A stretch of 64,000 nucleotides of DNA from Mobula hypostoma (Eukaryota), in assembly GCF_963921235.1 (NCBI RefSeq), contig NC_086108.1, positions 42,720,001-42,784,000 of the forward strand, written 5' to 3'. Positions 40,680 through 51,152 of the stretch are shown piece after piece. The translations under genes and the position numbers were made by a program. How positions within the stretch are numbered: position 1 is the first letter of the stretch; every line of letters starts with the position of its first letter. The notes under the pieces are model-generated. The model made no database searches, had not been told where the DNA came from, and was given only the letters and a program-made list of their open reading frames with translations.

Positions 40680-43600
40680 GGACTGCGACCAGTCAACGAG
40701 AGGGATTCATTAGAAAGAGTGAATAAAAATAACACAAGTGCAACTGGAGCGGCCATTCTTTTGATTGTGTCAGTGTTTCGAGTGGCTTTGGCTCATCAGG
40801 CTTGGGTGTGGTAAAGTATCTGATGAGTTTCTCTCTTTTTGCCCTTATTTATTCATTTTCGTCTCTTAGGGCAGAGTAGATTAGTGAGAATCGCTCCAGG
40901 GACAGTGTTTTGTACCGTGTGTGGGATGTGGAAAGTCTGGGAGACCTCCAGTCTCCTGGATAACCACATCTGCACCAGGTGCACTGAGCTGCAGCTCCTG
41001 AGAGAACGTATTCAGGAAAGCTGCAGCTCGATCACCTTCAACTCATACAGGAGAATGAGGAGCTGATAGACAGGAGCTACAGGGAGGTGGTCACTACTAG
41101 GTTGCTGGAGACAGCTAACTGGGTGACTGTTAGGAGAAGGAGGGGAAATGCACAGCCAGTGAAGAGTACGTGTGTGACCATTCCCCTCAACTTTAGGTAC
41201 TGTTGAAGGGATGACATACCGGGGGGAGCCACAGTGACTGGGTCTCTGGCACTAAGTCTAGTGGCTGTGGATTTGTGGATCATTGAGATCTCTTCTGGGG
41301 AAGGTAACACTTGTACAAAAGGGCAAAAGGGGTGGGTTACATGGTTTGGTGGCTGGTGGACTCTGACACTTTCTGCTGAAATGGGTGGAGGAAGGGAGGT
41401 TGGTGCATTGATGCTACTTGTGTGTGGGAGGGGGGAGGGGGCTTTGGAGGTTCTAATGCCTTTCTGTCGTTCATTCTTTGGGGTTCTCTTCTGTTTTTTG
41501 TGGATGTCTGCAAAAAGTAAGAACTTCAGGTTGTATACTGTATACATTCTCTGATATTAAAATGGAACCATTTGAACCAGAACCCGAGGGGATTCAATAT
41601 CCTTGTGGGCTGGCTTGCTAGCGTTGCCCTAATTTGGCAGGGGGATGGGAACTGGGGTGATAGTGCTGAGGATGAGGGAGTTGGTTTACAAACAAAGGTA
41701 ATTTTTAGTGAGACTCCTACCAAGGAGAGGCTGATGATAGGGCAAAATTTCAGTCAACAAGATAAGTTGCAATGTAAAAGGCATACTGAATCATAAAGGG
41801 TGAATACAGGACTGAAGGTGTTATATTTGAATGAGTGCAATGTATGGAATAAGGTTGTTGAACTTGTAGCACAGTTACATATGTTATAGGCATCACTGAA
41901 AAAAAGATTATAGCTGGGAGCTTAATGCCCAAGGATACACATTGTATTGAAAGGACAGGCAGGTAGGCAGAGGGGGTGGTGTGGCTCTGATGGTAAAAAA
42001 AAATACAGTAAAATCAAATTATTAGAAAGAGGTGACATAGCTTTGGAAGGTATTGAATTGGTGGATAGAGCTAAGGAACTGTAAGCATAAAAAGACCCTG
42101 ATGGAATTACATACGGACCCCAAACAGTAGTAAAGATGTGGTCTGCAAATTACAGTGGGAAATAGAAAATGCATGCCAAAAGAGCAATGTTACAATAGTC
42201 ATTGGGTGTCGTGCAATGAATCAGAATTGATTACAGAGCTTAAGATAAAAGAAACTTCAGGGACAGGTCATCATAATATGATCAAATTCACCCCAAAATT
42301 TGAGAAGAAGAAACTGAAATCAGATGTATCAGTGAAGTAAAGGAAATTACAGAGGCATGAAAGAGGTGCTGTCCAAAATTGACTGGAAGAGAACACTGGC
42401 AGGGATGGCAGAGCAGTAATGGCTGGAATTTCTGGAAGCAAATTGGAAGGCACAGGATATATGCATCCTAAACAGAAATAAGTATTCTGAAGGCAAGATG
42501 ACATAATGGTGGCTAACAAGAGAAATCAAAGCCAACATAAAAGCCAAAGAGAGGGCATATAATAGAGCAAAAATTAGTAGGAAGTTAGAGAATTGGGAAG
42601 CTTTTAAAAACCAACAGAAGGCAACTCAAAAGTCATTAAGAAGGAAAAGGTAGAATATGCAAGTTTGCTAGCCAATAATATTAAAGAAGATACCAAACAT
42701 TTCTTCAGATACATAAAGTGTGAAAGGAAGGCGAGAGTGGATATCAGACCACTGGAAAACGATGCTGGAGAGGTGGCAAAAGGGGATAAGGAAATGGCGG
42801 ACAAACTGAATAAGTATTTTGCATCAGTCTTCACTGTGGAAGACACTAACAGTATGGTGGAAGTTCCAGAGAGTCAAGGGTCAGAATTGTGTGAAATTGC
42901 CATTAATAGGGAGAAGGTTTTTGGGAAACTGAAACATCTGAAGGCAGTCATAATCATAGTCATACCTTATTGATCCTGAGGGAAATTGGGTTTCGTTACA
43001 GTTGCACCAACCAAGAATAGAGTATAAATATAGCAATATAAAACCATAAATAATTAAATAATATGTAAATTATGCCAGATGGAAATAAGTCCAGGACCAG
43101 CCTATTGGCTCAGGGCATCTGACCCTCCAAGGGAGGAGTTGTAAAGTTTGATGGCCACAGGCAGGAATGACTTCCTATGACGCTCTGTGTTGCATCTCGG
43201 TGGAATGAGTCTCTGGCTGAATGTACTCCTGTGCCCAACCAGTACATTATGTAGTGGATGGCAGACATTGTCCAAGATGGCATGCAACTTGGACAGCATC
43301 CTCTTTTCAGACACCACAGTGAGAGAGTCCAGTTCCAACCCCACAACATCACTGGCCTTGCGAATGAGTTTGTTGATTCTGTTGGTGTCTGCTACCCTCA
43401 GCCTGCTGCCCCAGCACACTACGTGATAGCACTGGCCACCACAGACTCGTAGAACATCCTCAGCATTGTCCGACAGATGTTAAAGGACCTCAGTCTCCTC
43501 AGGAAATAGAGATGGCTTTGACCCTTCTTGTAGACAGCCTCAGTGTTCTTTGACCAGTCCAGTTTATTGCCAATTCATATCCCCAAGTACAGTATTTGTA

Positions 43601-44440
43601 ATCCTCTACCATGTCCACACACACCCCCTGGATGGATATTGTAAGTCACCTGGACCACATGGTGTACACCCCAGGGTTCTGAAAGTGGTGGCTGAAGAGA
43701 TTATGGCGACATTAGTAATGATCTTTCAAGAATCATTAGATTCTGGAATGGTTCCAGAAGACTGGAAAATTGCAAATATTACTCCACTCTTCAAGCAGAG
43801 AGAGAGAGGCAGAAGAAAGGAAATTACAGGCCAGTTTGTCTGATCTCAATGGTTGGAAAGATGTTGGAATCGATTGCTAAGGATGTGGTTTCAGGGTACT
43901 TGGAGACACATGATAAGATAGCCCATAGTCAGCATGGTTTCTTCAAGGGAAAATCTTGTCTGACAAATATGGTGGAATTCTTTGAAGAAATAACAAGCAG
44001 CATAGGCAAAGGAGAATCTGGGCCTATATTCATTGGAAGTCAGGGGTCTGAGAGGTGACCTAATTGAAACCTATCGAATGTTGACAGGCCTTGACAGTGG
44101 ATGTGGAGAGGATGTTTCCTTGGTGGGAGAGCCGAGAACCAGAGGACACCACCTGGAAGAGATGGGTGTCCTTTTAGAACAGAGATGAGGTGGAATTTCT
44201 TCAGCCAGAGAGTAGTGAATCTGTAGAATTCATTTCCATAGGTGCCTGTGGAGGCCAAGTCTTTAGGTGTATTTAAGTCAGAGGTTGACATATTCTTGAT
44301 TGGTCAGGGCATGAAGGGATATGGGAAGAAGGTAAGAGATTGGGGCTGAGAGGAAAAATGGATCAGCCATGATGAAATGACAGAGCAGACTCGATGAGCC
44401 AAACGGCCTAATTTTGCTCTTATATTTTATGGTCTAACTC
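40680..44440 (+). mobile_element. CR1 LINE with ORF1 zinc-finger remnant, internally deleted
   Basis: VFCTVCGMW...HICTRCTELQLL (ORF1), PEDWKIANITPLFK, SQHGFFKGKSCLTN, CR1 3' end. Confidence 0.85.
42948..43630 (-). mobile_element. Rex1/Babar-type LINE 3' fragment (second family) inside CR1
   Basis: NRINKLIRKA...HPLH...CNTERHRKSFLPVAIKLYN. Confidence 0.75.
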
Positions 44441-45720
44441 CTGTGGCCCCCCATTTTCTTGTTTGTTACTTACCATCCTTAGGAAATCCAGCATGGCCTG
44501 AGGCGCAGGGTCAATATGGTCCACGTTGAGAACCACTGGGTTAAGAGATCGGTATAACATCAGCTTCCAAAGGCCTGTACTGTTCTGTGTTCTTTCTAAT
44601 ACAATGAACCGTTCTACAGAAATTTTAATTTCCTGGTATTTGATATGGGACTGCTTATGATTACAAACGTTACTTCGTTGAAGTTTCCCTCGTAATTTAT
44701 TTTGAGGGTTTCCCGGACACGTAATGTTGTAATTATACGTGATGGCCACGAGATGGTGGTTTAGTCCCACTCGAACCAGCAAGAGCACACCAGTTAATCC
44801 TGTACGAATATCAGACCGGAGCGTCCGCCCTGCCGCTGTTCCACGTCAGACGGAGGGTGGATTTGGCGAGACGGCATCTCCCGGGGTTGTGAGTTGTGAC
44901 GCCCGTGGCACAGCAATCAGAGCAGCTGCCTCACAGGCGCTGGGACACGGGCCCAATCCCTGCTTTCCTCCCACCTTCTAAAGGGCCGCCGTAAATTACC
45001 CCGCGTGTAGGTCATGGTAGAATATGGGAATACGGGGGGTGGGGGGGAAGGAAAAGGATGGGATTACAGTGGTACAGGCGTTACAATGTTGATTTTGTAT
45101 AAACTAAAGCCCAAACGTAACGGACTTGGATTTAAGAGGTTCCTCTGTATCACTAATGATTGTCCAGTATAGCACTAGCTTTCAACGTGAGCCAAATGGC
45201 CTCTCAGGGGGGTCATGCCAGATTTTGTAGGGGCAACAAGGAAAAACACAAGAACATTGGGGCCACAGGAGTTTCTGAATGGGCCACGCTAAGTTTCCTG
45301 TTTTAATGAAGCATTACTTAAATATATAAATAAATTAATATGTGCAATTTAGTTGTATCACAATGAAATGAATGGGAAAATATGCTAGATGATGCAAGTG
45401 AGGCAGCAGAACTGCAGAGCCGGTGTGGGGTGGCACATCAATCGTTATCTCTGCTGCTGCTTGGCCACGGAGCCCAGTTCCACATCCACCCCAAATCACA
45501 AAGTGCGGATTGGGAGAGGCTGTCTGCAGCAAGACCGTGCAACGGGAGGCTGGTTCTATCAGCCTTCCACAGACCCGTGCGTGTTTTATTGCTTAAAAAA
45601 AAATGTGACATGAAAGCCGCAAATGAAGAAGACTTTGAACAGCTACTAATGTGTACAGAGGTCTGACGGTTATCAAAAGATAATTGTCTTCCTTGGTTTG
45701 TTGCACTTTGGGCAGTATTT

Positions 45721-46323
45721 TGCCGTACTCGATCGGACCCGATGCAATAGCAATTGTACCACACATACACTGACACACGTAATTCTTTTCAAAACTTTGT
45801 TCTCTACTCATAGCATGCTATGGGGGAAGTGACAGACTGATCTCCCAAAGGAGCCAGTCCGGAGACTGCCCCCGAATTACACAGTTCTCCACAATTTATA
45901 ACACTGATCAGGTAGCAGGAAATCTTACGATTATAAGTTTAGACAATATTAGAATCATTTCAATCACATGCTAAGATACAATTAGATGTAAGGAAATCAT
46001 TGGTCAGTTAGTTATAATTATTTTAAGCCAAAGTTAGCCCATCAGTTCCTCATTCGGACCCTTCCCCTTTTCTCGAACATTCCAGCCCCTACGCTACTCT
46101 TCCCATATTTAGCTTTACCTTGAGCTGCTTCTGCAAGATCAGATAGTTCCGTATTTGAGCCTTTGCCTATCTTTAGACAACAGTGACTAGTACGTCACCG
46201 GCTGCTGGATAAAGCTTCTTTCTAACTTGTCCAAAGCAGTTAGCTACGGCGCTTACAAGGTGATTGATCATCTGTCATTGTCCTCTGTCCCCCCCCCCAT
46301 TTACCCATCCCTTCATTCTATCA
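45721..46323 (-). repeat. ERV 3' LTR
   Basis: TGATAG...GGCA on the minus strand, preceded by the PPT; poly(A) hexamer changed to AACAAA (45796-45801). Confidence 0.93.
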
Positions 46324-46334
46324 TTCCCCCCCTT
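46324..46334 (-). promoter_or_regulatory. Polypurine tract
   Basis: AAGGGGGGGAA immediately 5' of the 3' LTR TG. Confidence 0.88.
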
Positions 46335-46356
46335 ATCATCACTTTATGATAAACAC

Positions 46357-47550
46357 TTAAACAGGAGCCAAATAAAGCATCATCAGGCAGCCAGCATTTA
46401 GGCAGGTCATTATCACACAGCAAGCAACAATTACAACAATGAGAATATCCATCCCTTGCAGCAAATAAACCTCCCATGATCCTCCCTGCAACCATCCTAA
46501 CCAGCCGTCCCTCTTCCCCAAATCTTGCCTGAAATCATCCAATTGTTTCTTAATAGACTGAATGGCATGGGTGATACATTTGTCTCCGACTATTGCGCAC
46601 ACCCCTCCCTGTTGGGCCAACTGATAATCCACAGCATACCTGCTCTGCTGTGCGTAAAGTCGCAACTCCACCAATTCTCTGTTAACAGCTCCAGACCTTC
46701 CATTGAACTGTTCCTCAATGCCGCCAGCCCACAAATGAGGTAGTTGCGGTTCATCGTGGCCACGGTTCCTGCCGCACTCCCTAGAGAGAGAGCGCCCGGG
46801 AACCCGGCTGGAGCTATCAGTCGCCGTTGAACGTGGCAGCCTGGGGGCAGGGAACAGAAAGTGGTCCGATCGTTCCTACTGCAAAGGGGTTAGGCAGAGT
46901 GGTGGTAGCTGTAGTATAGGCGCCATTAAACAATAACACATATCTTCTCTTGGCCCTGTAGCAAGTATTTTTGTAACTCACTATTTTGTCATACCACAAG
47001 TGCTTCTGTAGATATAGGGAGGAGCTTGCAAAAGTCTCTGAACCTGCCGACACACGAGTCCCTTTGCAATATCCACACACATACTGAGTTCCCTTAGAGA
47101 GGGGCACACATAGTTCGCCGATACATTCGCAAGGGAATATTCCCTGGCTTTTCCTACATCGGCTTTCCAGGCAAGGTATCTCCCGGGGTACCCTGGCAAG
47201 GACGCACCCCTCCCCAACTCCCGCAAAACAGAAGGGATAATTCCCAATGCCCGCACCCACATTCTCATCTCCTACTCTCCAAAGACACTTTCCTCTGACC
47301 CCCCTTACATCCTGCCCCTGATCTATCCTCCACTATTGTCATTTTCTGCCCAATTTAGCCCTGATGGGTTAGCAAAAAACAACGCTTCTACAGATTTTAC
47401 CAAAGGATAACATGCAATACAGTTACCATGCAGGCGCATGTGAGCTTTATAAAATACATTGTCCTTCAGGCTTAATGCCACGGGGGCAATCATACCAGCG
47501 AAAAGTCCAATAACAGTCTTTAGTCCACCTGCGGAGCCCATCGTTTGCAA
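46357..47550 (-). pseudogene. env: ERV env (SU with CIAC motif; TM with fusion peptide, immunosuppressive-like domain, CX6C and membrane anchor), frameshifted
   Basis: Signal-like N-terminus, CxxC, GALSLGSAAGTVA, QQSRYAVDYQLAQQGGVCAIVGDKC, hydrophobic ILIVVIVACCVI. Confidence 0.88.
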
Positions 47551-47806
47551 TCACTCAGGTAGATCCAGCGGCTGTGCCCTTGAACCTTAACGGCTGTTGG
47601 TGTTTGTAGGAGTATCTGGAATGGCCCTTTCCACCGGGGTCCAAGCTTGGGACGCTCCCAATCCCGATCAGTACCGAATCTCCAATTCTCAACTCTAGCC
47701 ACTCCTTTTCCTGGCCAGGAATTCTGCAGATGCTGGAAATTCAAGAAACACACATCAAAGTTGCCGGTGAACGCAACAGGCCAGGCAGCATCTCTAGGAA
47801 GAGGTA

Positions 47807-47844
47807 CAGTCGACGTTTCGGGCCGAGACCCTTCGTCAGGACTA
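47807..47844 (-). ncRNA. Minimal type I hammerhead ribozyme (intact core)
   Basis: tagtc-CTGACGA-agggtctcggccc-GAAA-c-GTC-gactg: conserved core, stem II hairpin, palindromic stem III, stem I agtc/gact. Confidence 0.85.
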
Positions 47845-48030
47845 CCTGAAGGAAGAATTAGTAAGATTAGTTCCTTCTCCCTGGGCCTTCTGTCCCATGA
47901 TCCTCTCATATCCCTTTTGCCAATCACCTGTCCAACTCTTGGCTCCATCCCTCCCCCTCCTGTCTTCTCCTATCATTTCGGATCTCCTCCCCCTCCCACT
48001 TTCAAATCTCTTACTAGCTCTTCTTTCAGT

Positions 48031-48068
48031 TAGTTCTGACGAAGGGTCTCGGCCCGAAACGTCGACTG
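48031..48068 (+). ncRNA. Minimal type I hammerhead ribozyme (intact core)
   Basis: tagtt-CTGACGA-agggtctcggccc-GAAA-c-GTC-gactg. Confidence 0.85.
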
Positions 48069-49489
48069 CACCTCTTCCTAGAGATGCTTCCTGGCCTTCA
48101 GGTTCCTTAAGGGTATTAAGAGAGGATGTTAGTTGGCGAAAATAATTCTACAATTCGTCCCCCATAACATTTAGATCAACTTGGGTGGGAGGCTGCATGT
48201 CAGCGTCCCACGGGGTCCTTCCAGGGCGCCCATAAACAATTTCAGCTGCAGATACCCCTGTAGTGGAATGTGGGGTAATTCTCATATGGTATAAAGCCAG
48301 CGGAAGGATCTTCAGCCAACTCAGTCCGGTTTCGGACATTAACTTAGACAGCTTGTTTATCAGGGTGCCGCTGGCCGGTTCCACTATTCCTGCAGCCTTC
48401 GGGTGGTCAGCGCAATGAAACTGCGGTTCGATGCTCAGCACCTCACATAGTTCTTTATTTATATTTCCTACAAAGTGGGGGCCATTATCCGAATTTGTTT
48501 GTCTGGGCAATCTGAATCTCGGTATAATCTCTGTAAGCAACAACTTTACCACCGTAGAAGCTTTATTATTGGTGGTCGGAAAGGCTTCAATCCATTTTCT
48601 GAACACATCTACAATCACTAAACAATACTTATAACATTGTACGCACGGTAGTTCAATAAAATCAAGCTGATTACATTCAAAAGGACCACTTGGCAAGGGG
48701 GGTTTTCCCTGGAGCACACTTTACTCCCTTTCCCGCGTTTGTCTTTTGGCAAATCAAACAGGCTTGGTTTTTTTTTGCTGCAGCAGCCTCCTCCAGTCTG
48801 GGGTGCCATCATGTACGGGGCAAAATATTACTCATTCCCCCCTTGCCAAGGTAGGTGTCCGTATGCAAGCACTCGAGCAACATAGGCAGCAATGCATTAA
48901 GAATACAAACTTGGCCAACTGGGGTATGCCAGAGGCCTGTGGACACCGAATGCGTACATCTGTGTGTCTTCCAAAGTTGTTTTTCTGAATCAGGGGCGTC
49001 CCCCTGAAGCTTTTGAACTGTAGCCCTGTCTGGAGTGCCCGGTCAATCGCCCGGCAGTTAAAACTTTAGAAGTCTCCTCTTGTGCAGCCTGCTTGACTGC
49101 CAAATCGGCCCTGTTATTTCCTTTAGTTACTGCAGATTCGTCTTTTAGACGAGCCGAGTATTTAATAATAGCTCATTTTGCAGGGAGGAGTATGGCCTGT
49201 AGGAGGTTTCGTACGTACATTGCATTCTGGACGGGGGTTCCGGAGGACGTGAGGAACCACCGCCGTGCTCACAGCTGTCCAAAGTCATGGGCCACCCCAA
49301 ATGCGTAACGGGAATCTGTAAATATTGGCCTTGTGGTCCTTGGCTAAAATGCAGGCGCGGGTAAGGGCAAAAGCTCTGCTTTCGGGGCAGAGAGGGTGCC
49401 GTAGTTGTCGACAATCGCGTAGCCGCAGAGGCGTGCCCCTGCCTCGGGGTAATGCAAGGGGACTGGCATGGGACTAAAAATGCCCTGCT

Positions 49490-49973
49490 TGTAGAAGGAC
49501 TCTATGAGGTGGGTTATTCTGTGTGTGTTTCCCAGTATATGGGTTCCCTTAGTTTAGTGTAGTGTTCCGTGTTGTCTGTGTGCCTCAAATAGAATATTGT
49601 TGTTTGTAACAATATCCATATTTTCTCTCAGTTCTCTCAGGGCTGCTCTCTCCTTCCTAGTTAGATTGGGTTTATCCTGTACCTCTCCCGCCCCCCGTTA
49701 TCTCATCCAGTGTGCTCTCAAATTCTAGGATCGCTTCTGACCTGTACCTCCTCTTGGGCATCCAGTCTGAGGGAGGGGTGAAAGAGGTCTTGCTACATTC
49801 TGACTCCCCCCCCAAAAAAAATCGACTAGTACCAATCTCCTATAGAACTTATCCATGCCCCCCTCGATCTGCTCCTTGTGGAACTTTGCAGTCGGTACAA
49901 AAGTGAGGCCCCTGTTACGGGAGAGGTTCACGACGGTCTCTCCCAATCGTGGACCCTGCCTCTCTAGTTTAAA
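49490..49973 (-). pseudogene. N-terminal fragment of a Penelope-like (Neptune-type) RT ORF inside the ERV
   Basis: VVNLS..NRGLTFVPT...FYRRLVLVDFF, NLTRKERAALRELRENMDIV, QQYLFEAHRQ..EHYTKLREPIY across frameshifts; typical of the region preceding the RT core in Penelope-like elements. Confidence 0.75.
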
Positions 49974-50581
49974 GACTGCATCCTCCTCTTGACTATGGTT
50001 AGGGCTGTGTTTTCTGTCCAATGGATGTGGTCTGTGTCTACCCTAAACCGCCGCGCCGGGATTGCAGGGATATAATTCTTAGCTCTAATGACCTCGTTTA
50101 GTTGGCCCAGTGTTGCTTGTTCTGCTTCTGTTAAACTGTGGCTAAAGTTTAACTCTGGCACCCAGATACTGGCATGGGGAAATTTAATACTGGCCATTCT
50201 TAGTAGTTGCTGAAGCTGTTTAGTCGCTGTTGCTGGTTTATGTGACCTGTTGTTTATTCCAAAGGAAAGGATAACCTTCTTAGCTTCTAGCTGTGGCGCT
50301 AACTTTTCCAGGTCAGCAGTAACATGGATGAATTTGGCTCCCGGAAAGCTGTCCAGTTGAACGTCCTTATTAGGGCATCTTTTGATCCTGGAAATGTTAG
50401 AGTCCCCTATAACTAGTATAGGTTTAAGGGGCCTTAGTTCCCAAGTTACATTCTTCTGTTGCGAGTGAGGGTGCCTCGTTATTTGACCCTCCTGACTGTT
50501 GCAAGGGGGGATCCGTTCTGGTGTGGGGTGGGGTGCTGATTCCCCGGAGTCCTTGGTCGGTGAAGCCGTGGGGCTGGCGGG
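49964..50581 (-). CDS. SGNH hydrolase/esterase domain (Neptune Penelope-like ORF1 type) inside the ERV; 205 open codons
   Basis: Manual translation has no stops: ...LKPILVIGDSNISR...DSFPGAK...ILSFGINNR...DTDHIHWT...LN*; SGNH blocks I, II, III and V all present. The ORF track shows only the last 77 aa. Confidence 0.85.
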   Translation of the reverse strand, partial: PASPTASPTKDSGESAPHPTPERIPPCNSQEGQITRHPHSQQKNVTWELRPLKPILVIGDSNISRIKRCPNKDVQLDSFPGAKFIHVTADLEKLAPQLEAKKVILSFGINNRSHKPATATKQLQQLLRMASIKFPHASIWVPELNFSHSLTEAEQATLGQLNEVIRAKNYIPAIPARRFRVDTDHIHWTENTALTIVKRRMQSLN

Positions 50582-51152
50582 CTAGGGTTGAACACGGGCC
50601 ATAGGCATAGGCCGTACCTCCTCCTCCTCAGTCTGATTATCACTAAAGAGCATGGGCAGTCCAGACAGGTCAGGAGGTACCTCAGTTTTACCTTTGCCGG
50701 CTGCATCATCTTTCTTTCGTCTATCCTTAGCCCACCTATCTCTTTTTTTCCCTATCCTGTTATTCCTTATTCTTATCGTGATCCTCACACAATCTTTTTA
50801 ATACCTCCCACGGTTTCGAATTTCCTTCACTGTCACATACCCTAATTTCTCTGCGACGTGCGTTATGCTCCCAGCAATTTTGCTTAGATTTGTTATTTAA
50901 TTCCTCGGCCGTTTTTTTTCTCCAATTGGACATTAAAACCTTCCATTTTTGTCCGGTATTACGCTTCCAAATTGCTTCTTCTGCCTTTAGACAGTTATCT
51001 AAATTCCATGTCCCACCCAGAGGCCAAATTTCACTCCCCAATTTCTTATTTAGGCATGCTGATAACCTTCGGTAATCATTCTCTCTCTGGGTCATCTTTA
51101 CAAAGTTTTAACAATGGCGTGTTATTTACAGATTATCTAATGTTTGCCCCAT
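50582..51152 (-). pseudogene. gag: ERV gag N-terminus (matrix plus charged linker), with frameshifts and stops
   Basis: ATG GGG CAA (MGQ, myristoylation-type start) at 51152; WPLGGTW resembles the matrix WPxxGT motif; lies directly after the leader. Confidence 0.75.

Larger units (their letters stand above)
37980..44538 (-). mobile_element. hAT (Charlie/Buster-type) DNA transposon, copy 1, with nested Penelope, CR1 and Rex1-type inserts
   Basis: Termini cagaggctctctac...gttgagaaccactg; perfect 8-bp TSD GGTTAAGA (37972-37979, 44539-44546); transposase remnants at 39500-40340 (IPDWVVDPF, WLSKGNCL); splits a CR1 3' UTR. Confidence 0.9.
47717..48087. mobile_element. Short inverted Penelope-like pseudo-LTR insertion within ERV pol
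   Basis: Flanked by TTCCTGGCC (47708-47716, 48088-48096); two oppositely oriented hammerhead-bearing arms. Confidence 0.85.
47520..49488 (-). pseudogene. pol: ERV pol remnant: RT N-terminal stub, RNase H, integrase (DD35E), GPF C-terminal motif
   Basis: QGILVPCQSPCITP; AEL.ALTRAC, NIY.DSRYAFGVAHDFG, KGNNRAD; QLDF...SDNG-(35)-GIVE; KLGPRWKGPFQILLQTPTAVKV. Interrupted by an insertion at 47717-48087. Confidence 0.9.

Noticed and set aside
49490..50581. Reading the SGNH/Penelope block as an ordinary later insertion into the provirus
   Set aside because: No TSD, pseudo-LTR or 3' end is visible, viral sequence is missing at the site, and the frame matches the Gag linker; disfavoured but not excluded.
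50582..50584. TAG as a programmed gag-type readthrough codon
   Set aside because: Cannot be told apart from a decay mutation in a single copy, and I see no clear MLV-like pseudoknot after it.
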